A stretch of DNA of 64,000 bases from NCBI GenBank assembly GCA_051362555.1, contig CM120643.1, positions 27,842,848 to 27,906,847 on the forward strand, read 5' to 3'. Each line of letters begins with the position of its first letter. The first letter of the stretch is position 1. The translations under genes were made by a program, and so were the position numbers. Source of the DNA: Lingula anatina (Eukaryota > Animalia > Brachiopoda). Shown one piece after another: positions 29,500 through 40,581 of the stretch. The notes beneath the pieces were generated by a model. The model was not told the DNA's origin, ran no database searches, and saw nothing but the letters and a program-made list of their open reading frames with translations.

Positions 29500-32274
29500 C
29501 TGGAACAAAAAGCTTACACTTTAAATTTGTATAGCAATATTGCTATAATACCAATTATATCTATTAGATAATATAAGCCTTAAGAAAGCATTTAAAGTAT
29601 TTTTGTCATTTCGCGTTGTGGTACACTGCTCATTCAATCTGTGTAAGTTGCACCAACGAGCAGTTATGGATGAATGATCGAAAGAGAAGAGGAACGAACA
29701 AATCAATGCATGGATTGATAAATACACAGATGGATAAATAAACAGATGGACATATGAATTAATGAAGAGAAATCAAACAAACAAACAAACAAACAAACAA
29801 ACATAAAAAAAACAATTACGTTCCAAAAATCTACCAAAAAATCGCACTCAATAGTCTACCCGTGTCACACTCGTCTTTCATAATTTACTTTATTTAAATC
29901 TGTTTGAAAGCTTACCTGTCACCACCTGAGATAGCGTCTGGGTGTACCCACACTCCAGGGTCACTTGAAACGTCCTGGTCACTTGCTGGCCAGAACAGGC
30001 TTGCTGGAAGACGGAGCTGTCGGTTGTCTCTACCGTCTCAATGATGGCGGCGTCTCCACCCCCTCTGTTCACCACCTGTGGTTGGGTCTGGTCTAAGACC
30101 TCGGAGACGCTGGTGCACGTGAGGATGAACTGGTCCGGGTCCAGGGCCAGCGTTGGCTGTTGTTTCACTCTGATGCCAAGGATCTGCTCGCCGGTGCCGC
30201 TGTTCCCACACTGGTCCGTGGCCGTCCACATTCTTCTGATTGTACTGGTTCCGGCGGTGGGGTTCTCGGTAACTATCGTGTCGGCGTATTCCACAGTGAA
30301 GTCGTTCACGTTGTGGCAGGGGGAGTTGCCGGTGACCGTGGGTGTGTCGCCGAGTTCGCTAGGGGTGAAGGTATCACTGGGGCAGACGTCTATGTTACTG
30401 CGGTCAGCTGGTGGGGTAATGGACGGAGACGCCGTTAAAGCCACAGTGATGGCCTGGTCAACGCTGACCGCTAATCCACAACTCTGTGAAGTCGTCCAAG
30501 TTCTGACCACTGCCTGGTTACACGCGGTGCCCCCCACGGCGTCCGAGTACGTGGTATTAACGCGCTCATCACAGGCGTTTTCAGCCACCGCCACGCCGCC
30601 CGTGTTAGCAAGGTTGCTGATATCAGTCCCGCACGCCACCGTGACGTCACCGGGGACGTAGGTGAAGGCCAAGTTAGCCGGGCTGGCCCGGAAGGTTTGG
30701 GTTCGCTGTGCGAGGAGACCGCATTCGTCTGTGGCCTGGTAGGTACGGTAGATGGTGATGTCCTCCGGACAGTCCCCTGTGACCACCGCGTCGGTCTGTG
30801 TGACGTTGACTGGGACGCCGCAGTGACCCGTGGCGGTGACGTTGGACTCTGGGAAAGAGACATTGGCGTTGGTGTTGCACGCGATTGTGATGTCTCCTGG
30901 AAACGTGTCGAATGTGGGCGCAAACACCGACGTCACCTGGATATTCTGTGAGGCGGTGGTGGTGCGTCCGCAGTCATCGGTGGAGGAGAACGTCCTGGTC
31001 AGTGTGTATTTATTCTGGCACTGGACGTTGGACGTGGTTTCCGTGCTTGTTACGGTGACGCTGTTGCCACAGTAACCCGTGGCGGTGACGACTGGTACGG
31101 AAGGGACGTTATCACACTGCTCATTGAGAAGAATAGTTTGGTCAGTCAGTGTGCCAACGAGGGTTGGCGCGTTCTCATAACTAACATTGACAGAGGCGCT
31201 TACGTTGCTGGTCAGGCCGCAGCCGTCTATGGCCTCCCAGGTGCTCGTGATCACCTTGTTGTACTGACATGCTGGGTCAACTTCAGTGTTGCTGGCGATG
31301 AGTGTGACGTTGGCTGCGGAGCAGGTTCCCGTCGCTGACGGGGCGGTTAATGTTGCATCCGTCTCACAGGCTACAGTGACATCTGCCGGGACATTTGAAA
31401 GGACCGGCGGCGTCGACGCTATGTAACGTATGGACTGAGGGGTGGTCTGCTGGTTGTTGCATACGTCCGATGAAATATAAGTTCGAGTGTAGCTGACATC
31501 GCACTGTAGGCCAGTTGCACCAGGGTCGGAGGTCGTGATCTGCAGGTCGGCCACATCGGCACACACAGCGTTCAGGGTAACGTTCGGCAGGGGTGGGAAG
31601 GGTTCGCCACAGTCTAATGTAATATCCTCCAGAAGATCGGTAGTGTCGGCTGTAGCCTCGATCTGGGGGGCATTGGTACAATATGCGCACGGATCTGTCA
31701 AAGAGATAAAAACACCATTATTTGAGATAGCTCTCTTTTCTACGAAGCTGGGAAAGTACTGCAGAACACTTTAGAAACACATCCTCATAAAACACGGCAA
31801 ACTGAGTAATTCATTTCCAAGATTTTCAAATTATTCAACTTCTTTTACTTTCCCCTTTCCTTAGATTCTTTTCTTTTTATTTATTCAAATATTTATTAAT
31901 GTTTAAATATTTATTTATTTATTGGTTTTCTTCCTCATCCTCCGTCTTAAAAATCATTTAAACTAATTACACAGTGAGAGAGCGGACTGTTACCTTCACT
32001 ACAAGGATGACATGCGGTAGGAGACGTGAGCACTTTTAAAGCTGTTCCACCATTTTCTTGACAACAACTTCTCACTGACGGCGCTAACCCGGCGAAGTCG
32101 GCGCCTGGGATAGTCACAGTACTTGTGCAGGCCAAGTCACTGTAGCATAAAACTGGAAAAGAAAAGAAATAATTGATTTAATAGCTAAAATAATTGTTTA
32201 TTTATATTTGTAATGATAAACTCACCACAGTAAGGTCATGTTTTGGTATTCATGACAATGGGAGTTGGTTAAAC

Positions 32275-32308
<34 letters not shown>

Positions 32309-33743
32309 TGAATTATATAGTTTATGACTGCAGTGAGCTGGCATTGAAAATAAACGTCGTTCACATTGAAAGAAAAAAGTAGCATGTTACGTTTGTCTTC
32401 TATTTGCTTACATATAATATGGTGTGTCTAAAGACAGAATACCTGTGTATTTTCAATAGAAAACTGAACAACATTGAATTATCAGGAAGTAATTTCGTTG
32501 CTGTGTTTTTCATCATCTGTGAAACAAACGATAATAGGCACGGGAAAGATACTGATATTTCCTAGCGGGTGGGGGTGAGATAGATACATTATCCCAGACC
32601 ATTAAAGTGCACTAATTCCTACAGGGCCCCACAGTGTGATTTAAATTTGTACAGTTTTAAGGGGGCCCTGATATCAGAAGGTAGATATTTCCCATGTGCC
32701 TTGACTTGGGGAACACCCTGTAGTCTTGGCGAGACTTTGGCTATGAGACTTAGGCTCTGTTCTCACAACTTTTAGATCGATCTATCACCGCGGGGAGTCT
32801 CACTAGATTACTGTCAGATAATCCCCCTTAAGTGTCCGTCCCCGCCTACTACAAGCTTTAAGGGGTAATTAACTTTCGTGTCCGCCCGGCTGACAGCTAT
32901 TTAGCGTGAACCCCCAGGGAGTTAGGTCGATCCAATGTAGGTCGATCTAATCTATGAGAATGGGGTGTTAATTACGAATGATGTACCGAAAAGAAAAGTT
33001 GGTGCCCAAACTGATAACTTAACGATAGCCTTTGCATGAGGGGGTTAACAATACATGGAAATATTGACAGTAGTATAACACTTGAATACTGTTAGTATGT
33101 TTGTTTAAAAATACAAAAAAAAAAAAAAAAAGGATTTCGTTCAGGGCCGAGTTTAAAGTTAAAGCTCAAGGAGTGTCCTGTGTGTTCGAGTTTTTTATAT
33201 GATAATCATTGTCTCAGATCCAAATAATATATATCTATTTGTTTGTTAGTACAAGTTTAAAATCGCCGTATTTATTCGAAACAAAAAAGTTAAATGTAGA
33301 CCCTAAATTTAAGCCGAAAATTAGTCATTGTGAAAACAGTCAAATACAGCGTATTGCATAATTATACAGCTGTTATATGTATAAATCTCATTATAGCTCC
33401 TAGCAAACAATGTTCAGGATTAAAATATTAAATATGAAATTTACACAGTGTATTTTCAGTAGAGGAAGTCCTCTTTTCATACATCCTACATAAAACATAC
33501 GATTTTGAATCATCTACGAATGTTCGTTTTCAGCCAGTTTTGCTCAATGAGAGAACTCGACATACCAGTACAGATGTAAAGCTTAAAACGCACACGACGC
33601 ACCGACTACAGAAATCGCACAAATGTCAGAGATCACGTGAACTGTGATACATTATCATGTGACTTACTTTGGGCGGAGCTGTGATGGATGGACACGCCCA
33701 GGAACGCCAGGAGAACGCCAATAATCCGATGACTTGAACCCAT
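22808..33743 (-). CDS. Cluster gene B: secreted protein (~2901 aa) with signal peptide, 6-Cys domain, 6+1 HYR-like repeats, YxYxxPDG repeat array and Gly-X-Pro block
   Basis: Exons 33743-33668 ([25 protein letters not shown]), 32152-31994, 31694-29916 (603-aa ORF) and 29499-22808 (2229-aa ORF); all introns are phase 1. Non-coding 5' exon donor at 34608; AATAAA on the minus strand at ~22381-22386. Confidence 0.85.
24240..24680 (-). repeat. 78-bp coding tandem repeat (26 aa, [26 protein letters not shown]), 5 full copies plus 1 partial
   Basis: CCTGCCTGTTG recurs at 78-nt spacing (24288, 24366, 24444, 24522, 24600). Confidence 0.85.
29916..31694 (-). CDS. Gene B exon 3: 6+1 HYR-like Cys repeats
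   Basis: Motifs [36 protein letters not shown] and [13 protein letters not shown]; phase 1-1 exon. Confidence 0.85.
32753..32967. mobile_element. Putative PIF/Harbinger-type MITE
   Basis: Flanked by TTA on both sides. Degenerate termini GGCTCTGTTCTCA / TGAGAATGGGGTG, with subterminal inverted TTAGATCGATCTA / TAGGTCGATCTAA. Confidence 0.45.
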
Positions 33744-34599
33744 GCTGAAATGAAGAGAAGGATAAGATATAGCGCCGGTAGCTTGAATTGTTCCTCAACA
33801 TAGAAGACTGTGGGTTTTCCCTTTAATAATCCACTTTGTCCTATTCCCAGATTTAATGAATCGATATCATTTAATATTTTAATTCAGGTCCTACATGTAC
33901 AAGTCTTCTTTGTCGCCATTTCCTGCGCACGTTAGAGAGTTAGATGCCGATGCATGAACAGTTTTTCGTATCTACAATTATAACATATGCTGTAAACGTT
34001 AAAATTGCCTCAATGGGTTTCAAAACGAAACATTGAAGATGAGAAATTCCTTTATGTTTGAATTGTATGTCTTTTAAGAAATAACTCGTAGATGTTTCAT
34101 AATTAAAATCAGGTCTCTTTTCGGCCACATCACTCATATCCGAAAATCACTTGCAATTGCAGTGAAAGTAAGGAAGGAAAACTTTGCCATCTGTTTTCTT
34201 TAGTTAACGATTTAGACGCACAAACTGTACAAAGAAAATCATTATTGTCACGATGTCGCAGCAGAAACAGGTCGATAAAAAAAGAAATGCAATCTACGGT
34301 AGTTTTTGTATCTTAGATGTGCACCGTGTCGGTAGCATAAATCTAAATATCTATTATTGTTTTAAAATCACAGCTATTTTCCAATATATTTAGCGCATAT
34401 TTAGCGCGTTATGAAACGAGCACTTTATCAGCTAGATTTACTCAACAAGTTTCCACGTGTTGACCTATCCATTCAATTCATACCTAAATTCCCTTAGAAT
34501 TCCAACATCTGCACATTAGATATTTGAATATCTCATCCTTACCGAGTATATGCTTATTAGGTACTAAATAAACCCTGAATATAGCGACTTCTAAGTTGT

Positions 34600-34850
34600 C
34601 CGTCTTACCTTTTATTTTCCCTGCGTCCACAAGAGGACGACTGGACGATGTTACAGCAAGGCCGAGCTCCTCGCTTATAACGACAAGAGACGAGAGACCT
34701 CCCCCTTATTCCCTAATTACACAAAACATCTTATGTAATTCCATTTCCTGTGAAATATTCCTACAGCCACAGTTGATTTACGCCATGCCAAGAATTGACC
34801 AATGGAAAATCAGCAAATTTTTATGTCCGCGAGCAGTCACATGAGCTCCA
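34600..34850 (-). promoter_or_regulatory. Gene B non-coding first exon and TATA promoter
   Basis: Donor at 34608, TATAAG on the minus strand at 34674-34679; collinear motif blocks are shared with 51095-51335. Confidence 0.65.
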
Positions 34851-36157
34851 CCGACATTGACGAGATAGTTGTGATTTATGTAGAAGGCGGTGAAATATTT
34901 GCTGAATTATGAGATTTGTGAAAGTCATTCTTTGTAGGAACTTACGCACTCAATTTTAAAAACATTGTTGTTGGTTGTACTTCGAAATTTCAAACGCCGA
35001 ATACTCTGTCTCTTTCCCTCTTTAAATTTTTTTTCAATAAAATGCAATAATTCAACTATAACTTAACCTTAGCTTTTGAAAGCCGGATTTTAATTTAGTG
35101 TGTGTATGGGGTGAGGGTTTTTTTGGGTACCTCGCCACAGGGCAGCCTGGGGAAGAAGAAAGAGATGATCTGGAGTTCATCACCTGGGTGTGGTATTGTA
35201 ACTGCCACGCCCCGATCATGTCGACATTTGTAAGTTATACTATCAACTTTTTATTATAAATGACTTCCTAGCGGAAGCTAACTATATATCACAGTACGAG
35301 TATCTCAGGGTTCTGAAATATCAGCCCGTCTTTTGGCCTAAATATCTGATTTTAACAATTTTAACGCGTATTAGTTGTACAGATTCATTTTCTGTTCTGC
35401 TTTTCATTTGTTTTTCAAACTTCTCGTCAAAATTCCTTCCAGATCTAAACTATTTAAAACTTTTATCTACATTTTTTCACTAAACATTTATGAGTTAAAA
35501 ATTTAGATGATTAATTACCAATGGAAAGTCAGCAATTTTTACTCTTTTTATTTCACGTTTTGCCGAATCATAAAATCATGATATTCTCCCTCTTCATAAT
35601 TCCATATATTATGTCGTCATAAAGTCTTGTTTCCCCACTGTTCGGAAAATTTAAAGTGATTTTATTTTAATGAATTTATATCCATAGATGAATCATATAT
35701 ATCAACATGAGCAGAGATTACAAAAGTATTACAATTCATCAACTTAACAAAACAAACGTATATATTCACACATTTCAGTGTGTCTCACAGCTTGATACAT
35801 GTAGATACAAACATACATACCCAGAATACATACATATAATTTTAGAGCCCGTAGTTATTCGTAGTTTTCTAAATTGAAAAAAAAATTGTGTGGGATACAA
35901 AAATTTTGTAACAGGCGAACATAGCAATATGTCGTCATAATTCATGAATTACTTGTGTTACACATTTGTAGATCTAGAAATGTTGTCATTCTGATAAATG
36001 AAATGGACAATTAGATGGGAAATGTATTTCATATTCAGTCTCTTTTCCACACAGAGAGAGCATCATATTTACATTTATATCTAGATTTCTAAAATCTTCC
36101 TTTTTCTAGTATCAAAGATGGTGTGTTGGTCTTTAACTGAAGTTATTGGTCCCCTTA

Positions 36158-36441
36158 CCCGCACGAAAATGCAGTAGTATCGAAGTAGCAAAGAAGCATT
36201 AACGCAGTAGTGGTGTGGAGCATATTTGCAGTAGAAATGCAGCATAGCCTACTGCAATTCTACTTCAAAAGTTACATAGGGTCGTACAGAGGAGGAGCAT
36301 TAATGCAGTAGATTTGCAGCATGATAGAAGCATGTTTCAAATATGCTAATTAGCTCCCCAGTCGAAGCAGATTTGAAGCATGTTTGCAGTAGAATTGCAG
36401 TAGTCTACTGCGCTGGAGTATCTACTTCGTTTGCGTGCGGG
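36158..36441. mobile_element. MITE with TA target duplication and internal GCAGTAG repeats
   Basis: TA|CCCGCACGAAAATGCAGTAG ... CTACTTCGTTTGCGTGCGGG|TA imperfect ~20-bp terminal inverted repeats (TIRs). Confidence 0.6.
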
Positions 36442-37350
36442 TAGGCTTACCCTTAATCATGTCTCATCTGAAACTGAATACTGTATTGCACAATTTTTAC
36501 AAAGATAGTTCTTACAAATACACATTTTTCATAAATCTATAAATTAATTCTTTGCACAGACCATCGCAATGAAATTGTTAAACGCATTTAAAGCAGATAT
36601 TCAGCTATAACATATAATATAGTAATTATAACTGTCAGTCATATTTTTGTGATTATAAGTTATTATTAACATAAAATTATGATGCATTAGCTAAACCTGT
36701 TAGCAGAGTCTTTCAATATATCATCATCATCAGATTATATCTTAAAGATTCTTTTGTCAGATTGTACATGATTTAAACAACTTCTACGATACATCATGTA
36801 AGTCCAAAGTATCTTAATTAAATAGCCCGTAGTTTAGTTTACTTCATTCCAACACATGAGTAATTATAATATATATATCATCGTTTCTATACGCAATCAC
36901 GGACTTCTGAAATTAGGAAAGCTAATATTTCAGCGCAGTGTAACCTATCAAGAAAATGACATGCTGCTCACTCAAATATGCCATCATCACCTTTCCTGGC
37001 GTTTAGCATTCCTGGGTTTTGGGTTTTAAAAAACTGATATTGACATCGAACGTTCAAAATATTTTTCACGAGTTCGTTAGAATCATTTTATTTTGCCATT
37101 TACAGAATTTCTAAGAGTATTTTAATACAATTAAACTGTATTTTAAAAAGGTAAAAGCTGATTCTCCTGTTTTATTTGTCCTAATTTCTTGATGACTTGC
37201 AGCAATCTTATCAATTTAAAATAAATTGATTTTTCATTCCTTGACGTTTAATACATTGTGTGTCATTATCTTTATATAGTTATTTATTTTGACAATTTTA
37301 AAGTTGGAGGATGGTTGAGAAACAAGCTATTAAATAAAAACCAACCTTAA

Positions 37351-37687
37351 AGGGATAATAACTCTTCATATGATATCTTTATTTCACAATAAAAACATTG
37401 TGAACAACTCATAGAAATATAATATATTCTGTTTTACCACAAAAACAGCAGTTATAGCTATTATTCTGATATCTGAGCGTGTCTTCAGATCACGTGACTT
37501 CCATTGATGGCTGTACTCTGTTATAATCTCTTAAGAGATTTTAACAAAAAACCAAACTTTTTAGAAAAAAACCAGGGACTAACTTTGAATGCCAAAATGG
37601 ATTCATTAACCATTGGTAAATATGGGCAAATTGTTGTTTACTCCAGGAAAATTCATTTTTTGGCCAAAACGAAGAGTTATTATCCCT
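37351..37687. mobile_element. Kolobok-like non-autonomous DNA transposon (MITE)
   Basis: Perfect 17-bp TIRs AGGGATAATAACTCTTC / GAAGAGTTATTATCCCT, flanked by TTAA and TCAA (probably a mutated TTAA target duplication). Confidence 0.7.
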
Positions 37688-40581
37688 TCAAAGTAATTCT
37701 GGAATAACAGATACCAGTATCTACCCTAACCTTTTCTTGTGCTTCATCAGTTTATTATGGTATCATTAGCAGAGATTCTATCAACGACCAAAACAACTAC
37801 TGTTAAAAGGATCTCTTTGAGTAATTATTTACATGTATCTGTAACACGCGTACACGTAGAAAATATATTCCAAGCTACAATATGCAGCGGTGCCTTTTTT
37901 CATGCAAATTTCTATAAGTGTCATATATGGAGATTTTAAAATATAGAGTTGTCGGGCTGACAAATGTAAAGGTCGAGATAACAGACACGTAGACATGACA
38001 CAGACATAAGTAATGACTGGGGCGGATATGTTGTAATCAACCAAAGCCCTCTGGCTTCTTTCGTGCCCCTCCGGATGCTGTCGGTAAGTTCCGCCTACTG
38101 CCGTGGGGCCTCGAAGTGAATTATTGATTTCTGAAAACACCTGACGGAGATAAGTTCGGCTTGCCTGGAGGCTGTCTGTGTTGGTACCTGACAGTGTGTT
38201 GTACCGCCGTGGGACCACCGTTATTCTAAGATTATCATTGTAGAGCAGTTTGATGAGTTTCTGTGAAATCCCAAACGAAAAGGCAACGGCACCAACAAAC
38301 CGGCCTCATAGTGCGGGCACGGCTAAAACACAGCGCTTTTTACACATATCTCGCTGTAAATGTGTTTTGAGAGGAGATTTGCCCGAAGCGTTCGATTGGG
38401 CTCATTTTTTTTGTTCAAACATGACTGATTGCTGTATTCAATTTTAGGCCAACAGGAAACCAAGTGTCAGTACACTCCTACTTTTGTTTGACTTATCTTA
38501 CATCTGTGTTTTACAACTCAACGTCGTGTTAACATGTGTAGTGATGAGGCAATGCTACAGGCCGCCTACACCCAGGTTTTTTTATGTCACAAAAAAAAAA
38601 AAAAAAAAAAAGACTGTAAAATAAATTGGTCCTGCTGCCAAATTCGTCAAGTAATAAAGCACTATGTAATTTGGCACTCTTTAATAAACAAGCTGAAACA
38701 ATTTGCTAAAGGAGTTTAATTTGAAAACAGACAGCAATACGGCTGTAGTTACATTCATTTACGTTTATGTATTCACTCATTTACTAGTTTATATATACAT
38801 TTGCACGTATATAGTTCTCCTTGAGATACATATTTCTGTAAAAGAACCGAAAGACCATAATGGTTGAATAAACTTTACTGTGCTAATACGCGTTAATTTC
38901 CCTGTCGATCTGCCATAAAATAACAGTTGCATTTGAAATATAAGTATTGATGATAAAACGTTACAGATGACACACTTTTTTGAAAGTTTGAAACGGCGGG
39001 GTGGAGGGAAAGGGGAACAAACTGATGATGGGTGGGGAGACTAGTTTGTCATTTTTTATTTTATTTTATTCCACTTTCATTTTGAGAAATATCAAATTAC
39101 GCTACGCTATTTCAGATTGTCAGCAAACATTGGAAAGTTTGTAACTCTTTCTTACCATTTTGTTTTATTTACCGTGAATGGTTGGTGGCAAAGTCTAGAC
39201 CTAAACCTGTTTCATAAGTGACGGTAATAATTATAATGATGATAATGATGATGATGAAGATGGCGGACTTTGTGATAATGATGATGATAATTGTAATGCT
39301 TATTGACATCCAGGTGCAAAATTAATTATATTTAAAAGTCTTTGAAGGGTGGGCCGACTGTGACAGAACGTTCGGTAGGTGGGAAAAATATCATCAATTC
39401 TATATGACAGAAAACTTAGATTTTTGAATGTGTAGTATTTTAAAACACTCGAAATAAAATAGTACACTTGAAATATTGATGACAAACGTTTCTGCACTCA
39501 GATTTTTCCTCTAGACTAAATGTTGTCGTTGCATAAATGGTTGTTTTTGTTTAGCTTAATTTCATTTAAAACAGCCTTCCTCAATTTTTATACAAATACA
39601 TGTGTAGTCTTTATTTACCAACTGAAACGGGCTGTTGCTGTTCAGGGAGAATGAATAATTTTACCGGTCCAGTTTATTATGTTTGACAGATTTAGCAACT
39701 GTATCAAACTAACGGAAATTAAACTACTGAATGAAGAAGCCAACCAATTCAACACGTTTTTAAATATAGACCTTTCACGAAATACTGGATCACATGGCGC
39801 ATCGCCTTTCTTTTTGTCTGTTTCGTGCCCATATTAATTAAGTCGCAGAATTAAATTTTGACGCAGAATCAAATTCTGTAGTTTGCTGAGCGCAAAGAGC
39901 CCCTCAATTGAACACTGACAATGCGTTATAAAGTGCGCATATATTTGTATCAATATTATTGAAGATTGAAAACCTCTGGGGAAATAATAAGGTTGTCCAT
40001 ATGCCGATTTCTTTTTTTAAAGAACCAGACCTGTATAGCTTTAAATAAAACAAAATGAACAAAAATAAAATAGCACTTATGTCTTTTATTGACACAAATT
40101 ATATGTATACAGAATCTCCTTATACAAAAGTTAATGGAATAGTAACAATAATCATAACTTTAAAAGTATTTTCTTTAATATGCCAAACATTGTCTGTTAG
40201 TCAATTAAAAATATAGATGAATGTTTTTGCGCACAGTTGTGTACCGTAATGCTAGTAGCATGTGTAATGCCGAGTGTCAACAAAGTGTCATCCACGCGGT
40301 TTACTCCTGACGCTGACAGTTAACATTTTTTATTTCAAACACAGTACACTCTCATGTTGGGTCACATTTGCAACGGAAAAAAATTAGTTCGAGTTGCGTC
40401 AATTTTAGTTACGCAATGTTGGCAAGTTTCAGCTATTTAGGAGGAGCCCGTCTTTAATAAGTTCTGCTCCCTATACATAAAATTTCGAGTTATATTGTAA
40501 CGAGGTATGCGGGGTCTTTTGTATTTTATTTCTTAACACTTTTTAAGTCTTTTTTTTTCTACACCGTAGTGTCACGTCAGT

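Noticed and set aside
37829-38218. GC-richer intergenic patch with a 129-aa ORF
   Set aside because: No recognisable motif or splice-consistent link; probably a repeat fragment or enhancer that cannot be classified by eye.
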